Shown: piece after piece, positions 37,230 to 47,831 of the stretch
Position numbering within the stretch: the first letter of the stretch is position 1
Layout: every line of letters starts with the position of its first letter
Assembly: GCA_963666835.2 (NCBI GenBank)
Contig: CAXXGO010000006.1
Coordinates: 1,568,001-1,632,000 of the forward strand
Reading direction: 5' to 3'
DNA length: 64,000 bases
Source: Phycisphaerae bacterium
Lineage (GTDB): Bacteria; Planctomycetota; Phycisphaerae; UBA1845
Position numbers and translations under genes: made by a program
Notes under the pieces: generated by a model
The model's input: the letters and a program-made list of their open reading frames with translations, nothing else
The model's database searches: none
What the model was told of the DNA's origin: nothing

Positions 37230-38831
37230 ATGCTCAGCCAGTTGCTATTCGTCCGGTTGAAGGCGGCCGAGAACGCCCTTCGAGACGGTCGGCTGGACGA
37301 GGCCTATCGGCTGGCCGGTGCTCCGGACCTGCGGGGGCATCGGCGTGGTGCCGCGGTGTTGACCGCCCTAACTGAGAAGTTCATCGAAAGGGCTCGGGTT
37401 CACTATCGAGCGGACCGGTTCGTCGAGGCGCTGGCGGATCTGGATCGTGCCGAATCCGGGGGTGTACTGGCCGAGGAGATTGCGGAGCTGCGCGGCCATG
37501 TGTTGACGGTTCAAGCCGAGCAGCAGAGGCAGGATCAATCTCGCCGTGACCGATTGAAGGCCGCCAAGCGCCGGATTGAGGGGGGCTCTTTAGCTGCGGG
37601 ACGCAAGATACTGGAAGAGGCTAGCGAGGGGGACCGCCCGGCGTTGGAGCTTCGCCGCAACGCGGAGGTTCGTGCGAAAGATGCCCAGGAGTGTGTCGAT
37701 GCGGCGTTGGCGTTGATCGGGCAAGGGCAACTTGCCGCGGCGGCGGATCGGATCCGCCGCGGCCGGTCTATAGACGGCCACAACGAAGGTGTGGCCCGTG
37801 CCGAGACCACGTTGTGCGGTTTGGTTATTGAGGCGGCGCGGCGGGCGATTGACGAGGGTCGATTGAGTCGCGCGGCTGACGAGTTGGCTTGTCTGGGCAA
37901 GCTCGGTGATCGCCTTCCGGAGAAGTGCGAGGTTACGGATCTGTTAGCGCTAGCCCGACAGGCGGCGGGATGTGTGAAGTCGAACGATTACGCGGAAGCC
38001 CGCCGGCATGTTATGAGCCTGCAGCGGTTCTCACCGAAGGCGAAGTGGGTGGCGGCGGCAGTGGAGCAGTTGCGGCAGTTGAATGAGTTACGTATGGCGC
38101 TTCGGGCCGGGCCTTTGGGAGATCTGTCGGACCAAGTGGATCTTAAGGGCCCGGACGGTGAGGCGGTGGAGGGCAAGTCTGCCGCTTTGGATGACACGGT
38201 GGCGATTCCGTCGCGGCCGGCGTCTTCGAAGGGGTTGCCGGATCGCTTGCTGTTGCTGGTCGACGGCGGCGGCAGTTTCTTGATCCTCCGCGGAAATGTC
38301 GGGACGATCGGGCGGGTGGCGACCGGGAATCCGGCGGATGTGGCGGTATTCAGCGATATAGCGGAGCGTCACGCTAACGTCACTCGGGTAGACGACGACT
38401 ATTTCCTTTTTGCCACGCGGGATGTCGAGATCGGCGGCTGCAAAACGCGTCAGCAGCTTCTTCGAGATGGTGATCGGATGATGTTCGGCAGGAAGGCTAA
38501 GATGACCTTTCGCCTGCCGAGCCGTAAGAGTCCGACGGCCGTTCTGGACTTGAGTGATACTACGAAGATGCCGAACGATGTGCGGCGGGTTGTGCTTTTC
38601 AACCATCATGCCACCATCGGCCCCGGGTCGACGGCCCACATTCATTGCCGACATGCCGTGCCGCCGTTGGTTCTGTTCGAGCGCGGCGGGGCGTTGTGGA
38701 TTCGCCCGCATAACGACGGGCATGTAGATACGGAGGCGCGCCGGTTGACAATCGGAGAGCCGATCGAAGTCGGCGGAGCCGGTCTGGTGCTGGAGCCGTG
38801 GAAAATCCGGACGCCGGGTCCGTCGGTGTAG
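37230..38831 (+). CDS. TPR-like helical protein with C-terminal FHA-like domain(s)
   Basis: RBS AGGAG. Helical repeats, then GTIGR...DIAERHA...LRDGD FHA-like pattern. Confidence 0.75.
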   Translation: MLSQLLFVRLKAAENALRDGRLDEAYRLAGAPDLRGHRRGAAVLTALTEKFIERARVHYRADRFVEALADLDRAESGGVLAEEIAELRGHVLTVQAEQQRQDQSRRDRLKAAKRRIEGGSLAAGRKILEEASEGDRPALELRRNAEVRAKDAQECVDAALALIGQGQLAAAADRIRRGRSIDGHNEGVARAETTLCGLVIEAARRAIDEGRLSRAADELACLGKLGDRLPEKCEVTDLLALARQAAGCVKSNDYAEARRHVMSLQRFSPKAKWVAAAVEQLRQLNELRMALRAGPLGDLSDQVDLKGPDGEAVEGKSAALDDTVAIPSRPASSKGLPDRLLLLVDGGGSFLILRGNVGTIGRVATGNPADVAVFSDIAERHANVTRVDDDYFLFATRDVEIGGCKTRQQLLRDGDRMMFGRKAKMTFRLPSRKSPTAVLDLSDTTKMPNDVRRVVLFNHHATIGPGSTAHIHCRHAVPPLVLFERGGALWIRPHNDGHVDTEARRLTIGEPIEVGGAGLVLEPWKIRTPGPSV

Positions 38832-38981
38832 GATGGGCCGCTCTCCTTGAAGGGAGGGGCTCAGACGCTATCTGTTGCCCTCCTTGAAAGGAGGGGCTCG
38901 GGTGCCGTGGGTTGCCCTCCTTGAAAGGAGGGGCTCGGGTCCCATGAGAATCCGGACGCCGGGTTCGTCAGTATAGAATGG
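38804..38981 (+). repeat. Three palindromic repeats with 37-bp period, flanked by a 33-bp imperfect direct repeat
   Basis: CTCCTTGAA(A/G)GGAGGGGCTC at 38843, 38880 and 38917. AATCCGGACGCCGGGTYCGTCRGTRTAGRATGG at 38804-38836 and 38949-38981. Confidence 0.9.
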
Positions 38982-39053
38982 AGCGACGTACCGATCTCCA
39001 GCCGTTGCGTGGGGATCAGGACAACCGACTGGCACTGTTATAAGTAGCAGATC

Positions 39054-41333
39054 ATGCCCTATACGTTCAAACATGGCGACCGTCCACTGGACGATTTTAC
39101 GATCCAACGTGCCGTCGGCAGCGGAGGATTCGGGGAAGTCTACTATGCCGTCAGCGACGGCGGGCGGGAAGTGGCCCTTAAGTACCTCAAATCCAATCCG
39201 CAAGTGGAACTCCGCGGCGTAAGCCATTGCATCAATCTCAAGAGCCCGCACCTGGTGTCGATCTTCGATGTGAAGAAGAGTGCGGACGGCGAGTACTTCA
39301 TTGTCATGGAATATTGCTCCGGGCCGTCATTGCGAGACCTGCTGATCGCCGAGCCGAGCGGTTTTGACGCCCAGAAGGCGGCGTTCTTCCTCCGGGAACT
39401 CGGTAAGGGGCTGGCGTATTTGCATGATCGGGGCATCGTGCACCGGGATCTCAAACCGGGCAACATCTTCTACGATGACGGCTATGTGAAGATCGGTGAT
39501 TACGGGCTGAGCAAGTTCATCTCGGTGTCCCGGCACAGCGCCCAGACAGCCAGCGTCGGCACGGTGCATTACATGGCGCCGGAGATCGGCAGCGGGGATT
39601 ACTCGCGAAGCGTGGACATCTATGCGATGGGGGTGATGTTCTACGAGATGCTGATGGGGAAGGTCCCCTTCGAGGGTTCGACCATGGCGGAGGTGCTTAT
39701 GAAGCACCTGACCACCCAGCCGGAACTGGATGATCTGCCGCACCCGTTTGGAGAGGTAATCCGCAAAGCGCTGGCGAAGGACCCGAAAGATCGCTATCAG
39801 AATGCCGGGGAGATGATCGAAGCGCTTATGGAGGTCGAGGACGTTAGAAAGAGCCTGGATGGGTTCAGCCCGCAGAGTCTCGCGGGGGCGGTCCGCAATG
39901 GCGAGGTGCGTCATGTTCGCCCGCCGATGCCGTCGCCTAATCCCGTTCGGGAGGAGTTGCCTCCGTTTGCCAAACCGATCGCGCCGGAGCATTGGCGGAA
40001 CCGGCCCCGCGGTGTGCCGGGGACTCCACCGCCGCTGCCCGATCGGATTGCCAAGCGCTTCGACCGGGTGTCGAATCGAGTCGAGCAGCGGATGGCGAAA
40101 CTTGCACGGAAAGCTCGGGGACGTCAGGTATCACCGCCTGAGCCCGGAAGGGTGGCTTCGCCCGCGGCCGCACACACGAGTCGTCCTCACCGGACTGCTT
40201 TCCCGGTCTTCTTGCTGGTAGCATCATCTGTCGGGTTGGGGCTCATCGTGGGCAACACCTTGGATTGTTGGCAGAGCGATGTGGCGGGGGCTGCGGCGGG
40301 ACTGATGGCGGGGGCGCTGTCGCTCGGGGTCATGCTCTCGCGATGGGCTGTGGGTTGGTTCGGGGTCGAGTATGGCAAGAATTGGGCCTCGCGAGTCGTT
40401 CATGCGGGATGCTGCGCACCATTATTGGCCATCGGGGCGGCCCCCATGTTTGACACGGCTGAGCTATCGCAAGCCGGGCTAAGCATGTGGTTCGGGTTGC
40501 TGGCCGTGGCAGGCTTGGCTGATTGGAAGAAGCATTTTCAGTCAGGGGCTTCGGGCGAACTTTGCTTCCGTGGGGCGCTTTGGGTGGCGGTCGGCGGACT
40601 GCTTGCCACGATGGTGGCCGGGGGCTTCGCTGACCGAGAACCCGATTGCTTTGCGTTGATTGCCGCAGCGATCGCCGGGATCGCTGCGCTGGTGGCTCAG
40701 GCGGTAGGAGGGCGGCGTGTTCCTCAAGCGGAAGCTGTGGCCGGACCGCCCGGTGAGGCAGAAGGCGTGGAGCAAGCCGCGAAACTCGGGGTGCCTTTGT
40801 CGCCGTCGTCGGATGCGAGCCCGGCGGACGCGCCATGCGATATTGAGGAGTCTTCGGAGGATCCTCTGGCTAGGCGGAGGCGGTGGGATTTCACGCGCGG
40901 GTGCTGGGGGATATTATCTTTTTTGCTCATGGGGGGGGCCGTGATTACGGCGCTGCTCGCCGCGATCGGGGATAGCTTCTGTTATGAGGACAAGACCGGG
41001 TTACTAGTCGGGTGCATGGCGTGCATCTCCGTGATGGTCTTCACCATCCGCAAAACCACGCCGGTAAAGCAACTGGGGTTCGCTCGGGAGTGGTTCAGGC
41101 CGTTTCTTGTGACGGTGGCGCTCTTCGGTGTGTTCAGTTTGACCGTGACAATCACGAGGCATTGGTCCGGACTGTCCGGCGACGAGCGGGCGTTGGTGGT
41201 GGCCGGCTCAATCATTTCGGGCATATTGCTGCTTATCTCGTTTGTCTGGGGTATCGTTCAGGCACGTCCCCGTCCGTTCCTTGTCGGTGACGGGTCGGAG
41301 GCAGAAGCGCAGATCCCCAACGGCGAGGTATGA
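39054..41333 (+). CDS. Hanks-type Ser/Thr protein kinase with C-terminal multi-TM domain
   Basis: GSGGFGEVY, VALK, HRDLKPGN, DYG and GTVHYMAPE. Confidence 0.95.
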   Translation: MPYTFKHGDRPLDDFTIQRAVGSGGFGEVYYAVSDGGREVALKYLKSNPQVELRGVSHCINLKSPHLVSIFDVKKSADGEYFIVMEYCSGPSLRDLLIAEPSGFDAQKAAFFLRELGKGLAYLHDRGIVHRDLKPGNIFYDDGYVKIGDYGLSKFISVSRHSAQTASVGTVHYMAPEIGSGDYSRSVDIYAMGVMFYEMLMGKVPFEGSTMAEVLMKHLTTQPELDDLPHPFGEVIRKALAKDPKDRYQNAGEMIEALMEVEDVRKSLDGFSPQSLAGAVRNGEVRHVRPPMPSPNPVREELPPFAKPIAPEHWRNRPRGVPGTPPPLPDRIAKRFDRVSNRVEQRMAKLARKARGRQVSPPEPGRVASPAAAHTSRPHRTAFPVFLLVASSVGLGLIVGNTLDCWQSDVAGAAAGLMAGALSLGVMLSRWAVGWFGVEYGKNWASRVVHAGCCAPLLAIGAAPMFDTAELSQAGLSMWFGLLAVAGLADWKKHFQSGASGELCFRGALWVAVGGLLATMVAGGFADREPDCFALIAAAIAGIAALVAQAVGGRRVPQAEAVAGPPGEAEGVEQAAKLGVPLSPSSDASPADAPCDIEESSEDPLARRRRWDFTRGCWGILSFLLMGGAVITALLAAIGDSFCYEDKTGLLVGCMACISVMVFTIRKTTPVKQLGFAREWFRPFLVTVALFGVFSLTVTITRHWSGLSGDERALVVAGSIISGILLLISFVWGIVQARPRPFLVGDGSEAEAQIPNGEV

Positions 41334-41546
41334 AGGAGCCGGCGGATGCAGATCGGATTGTCGAGCCGGCTTGAAGAGGATCTTTCGGAGTCAATCTGTC
41401 CGCGGGCTTGAGGAGAACGCGGGCCTGTAGCTTACCGACGCCGATCGTCGTAACATGCGGGAAGAACCGGTGTCCGAAGATGGTGTTTCGGCCCGGTGGT
41501 AACGGGCGGTTCGTTCGGTGATTCTGGGCGGCAGGTGGGCGCGGCA

Positions 41547-42431
41547 ATGAACCCCGGCAATGCGGATCAGTTCCTTGTCGAGGAGATCGGCAAAGGTAGT
41601 CAGGCGGCGTGGCGGCAGTTGATTGACCGATATACCGGTCGGTTGTTGGCGTTTGCGCGAGCTCGAACTGCGGGCCACAGCGATGCGGAGGACCTGGTTC
41701 AGGAGACCTTCGTGGGGTTTCTGCAGTCTTTGACGCACTACGATACCTCGCGTTCGCTCGAGACGTATCTGTTCACGATCCTGCGTTACAAGCTGTATGA
41801 CATGCTCCGTCAGCGGAAGATGACGATGGTGTCGGAGCCGGCCGATTCGGATGATTGGTGGGACCGGGTCATTCCGAGTTCGACGGAAACTCCGAGCGGG
41901 ATTGCGGCCGATGAGGAGGCGCGAGCTCAGCAGGAGCGACTCCTGGTGGATCTTCTCCGCGCTCTCATCGAAGAGCTGCGTGATCGGCAAGCCTTTCGCG
42001 ACCTGCAGGTTATCGAACTGGTCTTCTACGCTGGCAAACGTAATCTGGACGTGGCCGGCCTCTTGGATATAGACCAGAAGGCGGTGGCCGGCATCAAGTT
42101 CCGGGCGATCCAGAGGCTGCAGAAGTACTTAGCCGCTCGGGAGCCGGCCGCGGGGGCAGGCCTGACCGAGACCGACGCGGAAGTGACTGTGGCGCGTGTA
42201 TGGCGCGAGCACCGGCTAACGTGCTTGAAACGGAGCACCCTGGGCTCCTATCTGATGGGGGTTTTGGAGGAGCCTTGGTCGGGCTACACGCAATTTCACC
42301 TAGACGTTGTGGGTTGTCCGATGTGCGTGGCCAACCTGAGCGATTTGGAAACGGAGCAGGACGAGGCTCCCAGCGGTTATCCCGATCAGGTCTTTCAATC
42401 CAGCGTGGGCTTTCTGAGTCGGACACGTTGA
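41547..42431 (+). CDS. ECF sigma factor with C-terminal zinc-binding extension
   Basis: DAEDLVQETF, ETYLFTI, a sigma4-like HTH, and C-terminal HRLTC...FHLDVVGCPMC. Confidence 0.88.
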   Translation: MNPGNADQFLVEEIGKGSQAAWRQLIDRYTGRLLAFARARTAGHSDAEDLVQETFVGFLQSLTHYDTSRSLETYLFTILRYKLYDMLRQRKMTMVSEPADSDDWWDRVIPSSTETPSGIAADEEARAQQERLLVDLLRALIEELRDRQAFRDLQVIELVFYAGKRNLDVAGLLDIDQKAVAGIKFRAIQRLQKYLAAREPAAGAGLTETDAEVTVARVWREHRLTCLKRSTLGSYLMGVLEEPWSGYTQFHLDVVGCPMCVANLSDLETEQDEAPSGYPDQVFQSSVGFLSRTR

Positions 42432-42604
42432 TCACGTGGGGCGATCCCGCCTTTCTGCGTGAAATCCGTCGTGGATGCGCTGTGGTTCTGATTACTTCAT
42501 TGAGAAGCGCCAGTTGCAGACAATACAACGGGGCGGCGCCGGATCGCCCCGGCGCCGCCCCAGTCGATTGTCTCCGTTAATGGAGGTGGTAACGCAGCCC
42601 TGGC

Positions 42605-45600
42605 TTACCTCTCCACCTCGGCTTCGGTGCCGACAAAGTCCGGGGTGGATTCCCTTCCTCCGCACGGTGCGGAGCATTGAGTGTCCCAATATCCTTTGCC
42701 CTGGAATGAGGATACCGCCCACTGGATATCCGTCATGTTGATGACCCCGTCCAGTTCGCAGCCGGCTTGGTCCACGGACGGGAGTGGGTTGTCGCCGCCG
42801 CTCTTGAACACCAACACAAGCTGCTGAACATCCGCCAAGTTGGTGATGAGGTTGTTGTCTATATCAGCCCAGACCCAGGTTTCGACCGACTGGGCCGGCG
42901 AGAGTTTCGGGGCTCCCGCGGTGCCGTAATCGCCCTGGACATTGTAGACGGTGCTCGGTCCGATCTCAGCGCCGCTTACCAGGGCCGTGCCCCATTCACT
43001 CGGCAGGCGGAAGACCGGGTCGTCGCCTAAAGACCCGTCCGTCTGGACGTAAAGGGAGATGCACGACACGGCCGGGTCCGTTGGGTCACCGGTCACCAAG
43101 AGTGCGACGGGGTCGTTGCCCTCCGCCGGCGAGACGGACAGGAACCGCGATCCCGCAGCGGAAGCTGTCGGGGGCGAGCACGGGGCGAAACTGGGGGGTT
43201 CGCCAACTGACCAGAGCTTTGCGAATTCTCTCCAGTCTTTGCAGTCGACGTCATTATCGCCGTCGAAGTTGACGCAGCCGCAACCGGAGCCGACACCACC
43301 GCCCGGCCCGGAGAAGCAATCCCACAGTACGGCGAGGTCATCCTCGTCGGTGTCTCCGTCGATGTCGCAGTCTCCCAGAGGAATGCACAAGCCCATTTCA
43401 GAGAGGTCCGTCTCGAGATAGTCGTCATCGAGTCCGGTTCCCTCCGATAGGCCGACGATCCCGTCGTTGGCGCTGATTGCCAGGTAGTTGAGGGTAATCA
43501 CCCCGTTGAAGAACATCTCGATCTGGAAGGTGTTCGAGCCGGTGTTGGTATACTCCGGGACATCTTCCCAGGTTACTACCGCACGATCGCTCAACTGCTT
43601 CCAACTGATCGTACCGCCGCCGGTGCCTGACACGTTCAGGTCATCGTACAGGGCGGAGATTCGCGGAATCCCGGAGAAATGCTCCTCCAGGGTTTCGTTC
43701 CAGTCGGTATCGCCATGGATGAACGTGATGTAACCGTTGCTACCGACATAGAACGTGCTGTAGTCAGTGCCATAGAGTGAAACGGTGGCTCCGCCGGTGA
43801 GGTTCACCGCCTCGTAGTCGTCCACGCTCATGCTGAAGGAGGTGCCGCCCGCCGGATCCGTGGGTAGGCTGTCGATGGCCTCAGAGCATCCGATGTAGAA
43901 GTCGACCCCACCGCCGGGAGTGAACTGCACAGTAGTGAATGCCAGGTCGTTGTCTTCGTCGTCGAAGTTCTCGGTGAAGAAGTTCGGTACTTCAGGCGTT
44001 GTGAACTGGTAACACGCTCCGCCGTTGTTGTCCATCGAGGAGTTTCCGGCTTCGTCTTCCGCTTCCACCGCGAAGAAGTAGGTAATGTTGTCATCAAGTC
44101 CGGTGAGTCCGACTTGGGGGTCCGTGGCGTATCCGGCACCGGATGCGGACCAGGTCAGAGTTCCGCAGCTTGTCCCGTAATGTACCGTGCCGCGGGCCGG
44201 TTCGTCCGTACTAAACGCAATGCTGGCATCGCGGGGTCCGACGCTCAGAACCTCGACGGAGGAAATGACCGGAGCAGTGCAGTCCACCAGGGCGTCATCG
44301 GTTACGACGACGTCAGTGCCGCCCGCTCCGTCGTCAGCATCAACGTAGGTTACCGTGATCGTGTCGTTTTCGGTGACCGCGAGCACGCCGGCCGAGTCCG
44401 TTCCGCTTACGGTGAAGCTGCCCATGAACTGGCCCGAGGCCGCGTCGATCTCCGTCAAGATGATGCTCTCACCGGCGGGTTCCGTCTGAGATGAGGCGAT
44501 TACGGTTGCGGTGTCGGCCACGCCGTCATCGAGGTTCAGTCCGCAGTCGATGACCTGGATGTTGACGGTATCTTCGCAGCCGTACAGGGTCCGGTCGAGG
44601 CTGACGGTTCCGGCGTCGGTGCAGCTCATTACTACTCGTAATGACGGGTCCCCGAAGATATGCCACGTGTTGAACGTTGCCAGCCCGTTGCCCCAACTGT
44701 CGGCGCTGCCGGGGTAGTCATCCATCATGGAGCTGGATCCGGCGTAGCAAAGCGCCCCGTAAGTCGTGTACGCCTCTGCGGTATACAAGATGTTGAATTC
44801 ATCTTGTCCCTCCATAGGCGGGTCCCACGGCTGAGTGAGCGAGGACATATAAGCGCCGACCGCTCCGGTAGGTTCACCGCTGCCGTCGGTGGCGCGAAGC
44901 CAGGCCTCTCCGAAGCAGGTGTAGGCATCGAACTCGCCGTTATTGCAGGCCACGCTGACGATGAACGGCAGCATGCCCGCATTAGTCAGGGCATTGACGT
45001 GACTGTTGTAGAAGTCGGAACTGCCCCACGACGTCGGGCCCCCGTGCCCGGTGTAGTTGACGATGCCGCGTCCGTTGTTCAGAGCGGCAGTTACCGAGGC
45101 GGGGCTGGCGCCCGGATCGTAGATCTGGTCCACCAGGGTGTAACCGTATGCGAGCAGATCAGCCCGGATGTTGTTCATGTGCTGGATGTCGGTTTCGTTG
45201 TCGTCACCGGTACCCTCGGCCGAGGCGATTCCCACGCCTTTCCAGAACCAGTCCTGGCTGGTGGCCGGCATCGTCTCGTACGCGATGGTCCGCTCGACTT
45301 GGGTGTCCACGTCGTCGGCGGACTCGGCGGAGAAGCGGCCGATCATGATCTCGGGGTAGTTGTCGGAACCGGCCAGCAGAGAGTACTTCGGATCCGAGGC
45401 TCCGTTGTACCCGGATACCGATATGGGAGTGTCAACCTGGGCCGCGTCACCTACGAGCAGGACAAAGGCCAGATCGCCGCTGTTGTACGTGCTCTGGATG
45501 TGGGCTTTGATGGCCGTGTCGTTATTGCCGATCGTGGAGACGCCCACTACCGTCGTGTTGATCCCGCGAGAGTTCTTGTGGTCCGCGAGGGGCTGAATGT

Positions 45601-46384
45601 TGGGCAGCCAGGCATCGTAGCAGATGATCAGCATGTCGCCGACCTCATCGATCGGGTCGTACCGCATGAGGTTATCGTAGTTGACGAAGTGGTTACGGTA
45701 GACCGTATGGAATGCGCCGCTGGCTCTTGCCGGAGCGGCGGCGCGGTTGAACACGTTAGTGCGCCCGACACCGTCGGCAACCACTTCGACCGACACGTTC
45801 GTGTAAACGCGGAGGGTCCGCGTGATCGGGTTGTACTGGAGGGGGTTGATCTCGACTACGACGCCGCGGTAGTTCCGCATGATGTACGGATCGCGCAGCA
45901 CGGCCACGTCGGCCGGGAAGAAGGCGTCAGTGTCGTACGCCGCCCCGAATGTATAGGGCACTTCCTTCGGGCTCACCTGCCGTGAGATGTACCCTTTGGA
46001 CGGTGCCACATCAATGTCGTTGATTTCGTAGAACCGCGAGGATAGCACGTTTACCTTCATCTGAGCGTCATCGGGAATGATGACACTGCGGCAGATATTC
46101 GGTAGGGCCGGGACCCCGACCGTCTTCACCCGGCTCTCTTTGCCGAGAAAGACCTCAACGTACTTACTCCCGTTGATTTCCACCGATTCCATGGTGGGTT
46201 GGCCGATCTCATACTCCAGAACCACATGTTCCGCCGAACCGTCCACCACGTTAAGGTCAACCACCGCATCGGCGTTTACCGCCGGTACGAGACCAAAAAC
46301 GCACGCCAGGATCGCAACGGCGCCGAACATCCCGACCGGCCTGCATCCACTCCGCTTGAAGATGGACAGCGAGTTCAACTGCAT
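42605..46384 (-). CDS. Gingipain-like C25 cysteine peptidase with propeptide, FN3-like and dockerin/EF-hand-like regions
   Basis: Signal peptide, GVPALP propeptide, FVLLVGD, IGRFSA, catalytic YTGHGG and SVACNNG, and HIFGDPSL. Confidence 0.9.
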   Translation of the reverse strand: MQLNSLSIFKRSGCRPVGMFGAVAILACVFGLVPAVNADAVVDLNVVDGSAEHVVLEYEIGQPTMESVEINGSKYVEVFLGKESRVKTVGVPALPNICRSVIIPDDAQMKVNVLSSRFYEINDIDVAPSKGYISRQVSPKEVPYTFGAAYDTDAFFPADVAVLRDPYIMRNYRGVVVEINPLQYNPITRTLRVYTNVSVEVVADGVGRTNVFNRAAAPARASGAFHTVYRNHFVNYDNLMRYDPIDEVGDMLIICYDAWLPNIQPLADHKNSRGINTTVVGVSTIGNNDTAIKAHIQSTYNSGDLAFVLLVGDAAQVDTPISVSGYNGASDPKYSLLAGSDNYPEIMIGRFSAESADDVDTQVERTIAYETMPATSQDWFWKGVGIASAEGTGDDNETDIQHMNNIRADLLAYGYTLVDQIYDPGASPASVTAALNNGRGIVNYTGHGGPTSWGSSDFYNSHVNALTNAGMLPFIVSVACNNGEFDAYTCFGEAWLRATDGSGEPTGAVGAYMSSLTQPWDPPMEGQDEFNILYTAEAYTTYGALCYAGSSSMMDDYPGSADSWGNGLATFNTWHIFGDPSLRVVMSCTDAGTVSLDRTLYGCEDTVNIQVIDCGLNLDDGVADTATVIASSQTEPAGESIILTEIDAASGQFMGSFTVSGTDSAGVLAVTENDTITVTYVDADDGAGGTDVVVTDDALVDCTAPVISSVEVLSVGPRDASIAFSTDEPARGTVHYGTSCGTLTWSASGAGYATDPQVGLTGLDDNITYFFAVEAEDEAGNSSMDNNGGACYQFTTPEVPNFFTENFDDEDNDLAFTTVQFTPGGGVDFYIGCSEAIDSLPTDPAGGTSFSMSVDDYEAVNLTGGATVSLYGTDYSTFYVGSNGYITFIHGDTDWNETLEEHFSGIPRISALYDDLNVSGTGGGTISWKQLSDRAVVTWEDVPEYTNTGSNTFQIEMFFNGVITLNYLAISANDGIVGLSEGTGLDDDYLETDLSEMGLCIPLGDCDIDGDTDEDDLAVLWDCFSGPGGGVGSGCGCVNFDGDNDVDCKDWREFAKLWSVGEPPSFAPCSPPTASAAGSRFLSVSPAEGNDPVALLVTGDPTDPAVSCISLYVQTDGSLGDDPVFRLPSEWGTALVSGAEIGPSTVYNVQGDYGTAGAPKLSPAQSVETWVWADIDNNLITNLADVQQLVLVFKSGGDNPLPSVDQAGCELDGVINMTDIQWAVSSFQGKGYWDTQCSAPCGGRESTPDFVGTEAEVER

Positions 46385-46832
46385 CACGACAGATTCTCCT
46401 TTACGTACTTCGCAGAGGCGGGGTGGGTTCCACCCGCATCTTTCCTCTGCGCTACGAGCCACATGTCCACCGCCCGGCGACCCGCGGCCCGGCGATGTCT
46501 TTTGGGTTTCCTGACCCGACTGCTCCGGGGACCTATATTGCCGCAACGCTGTTGCGAAGCGACGGTGAACTCCCCGGCGGCAGCGCGTCATCCTCGCGGT
46601 CTGACCGCTTGTGACAGATTCTTGGCAGATCAGGGAATCTCCCCGCACATAACTCAGTGGCTCAACCGCGCACAACCGTCCCTCGGTTGCCACAGTCTAC
46701 TAATATACCGATCGCGTTTACGTATATCAAGATAAATTATTGCTGAACTGATGGTGTCCGGGGGTGCTCTGTGCTTCAATTGGTGGGCGGTAATCACTAC
46801 GGCAGCTGATTCCGTCGTGCTGGTTTCGGGGG

Positions 46833-47513
46833 CTACCCGGGTCTGAGATAGACTTGGAGCGACCGGCGCAAGCGTTCTTCCCTCAGGACTAGTTCGTAGG
46901 TGTATGGCTCTTGGGCTTCAAGACCCAATTGGGCCGCGCTTCTGCCGGCCTCTTCCCGCTCTCCTTTTCTGAGTGTTGCAGTCTTATAAGCGATGATGCG
47001 GCCCCCGATGGCGACATGCGGCGTTGCCGCTTCCAGGCATTTGCCCAGCGGGCCGACCGCCCGCATCACTACGATCTCGAATGCCGCCGACGGCTGCCAG
47101 TGTCGCGCATGGGCATGTTCCGCTCGCAGGTTTGCGAGCCCGTGCTGAGCGGCGTAGCGGGCGACGAAATCGGCCTTTTTGGCCGTGCCATCGATGGCTG
47201 TGATGAACCAATCGGGCAAGAAGACCGCCAGGGGCACAGCGGGGTATCCGGCTCCGGTGCCGATATCAAGGATCGATGCGGGCGGGGACTTGTGTGCGTT
47301 GAGCCAATGCAGAAGGGCCAGAGAGTCGGCATAGTGCTTTACGGCTGCTTCCCACGGGTCGGTGATGCGGGTCAGGTTCGTAACACGGTTCGCTTGCACT
47401 ACCATGGTGTAATGTCCGCGGAGCAGTGCAATCTGCGCAGCAGTGGCGGGCAGCCGCCAGTCCGCAAGACATTGGGCGAGAGTGCGGTCAAAGACATCCG
47501 TTTCGCGTTGCAC
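46833..47513 (-). CDS. rsmG: 16S rRNA (guanine(527)-N7)-methyltransferase
   Basis: NLTRI, KHYADSL, LDIGTGAGYPAVPLA and MRAV. Start codon approximate. Confidence 0.92.
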   Translation of the reverse strand: MQRETDVFDRTLAQCLADWRLPATAAQIALLRGHYTMVVQANRVTNLTRITDPWEAAVKHYADSLALLHWLNAHKSPPASILDIGTGAGYPAVPLAVFLPDWFITAIDGTAKKADFVARYAAQHGLANLRAEHAHARHWQPSAAFEIVVMRAVGPLGKCLEAATPHVAIGGRIIAYKTATLRKGEREEAGRSAAQLGLEAQEPYTYELVLREERLRRSLQVYLRPG

Positions 47514-47831
47514 GCCGGCATGATTACCGAACCCGGACCGGTTGACCAGAGAAGCTGTCTGCAGCCTTCCCGTGAGGCCGATGCTCGCTTGAAGCCCTGG
47601 ACGCGGCTTTGCCGGGGTCGGGTGGATAGTGCATTGCGTGGCCGATAAACACCGAAACGAGATGCGCTGGTTTTGGGACCACGCTTCAAATAGAAGCCTG
47701 ATGATGACAAGTGTCTGATTACGCCATCTCGCGCGGCGGCGGTAACGTCCTATAACTATGCCGTCCCGTGTTTCTTGCGGTGGTTGGTCCGGCAAGCTGC
47801 GGAAGGGGTAGCGCCTAGTTCGGTTCTTTCC

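Noticed and set aside
38843..38940. Possible mini-CRISPR array
   Set aside because: The 30-bp units are separated by only about 7 bp, there are just three copies, and no cas genes are present. It matches a dispersed palindrome family instead.
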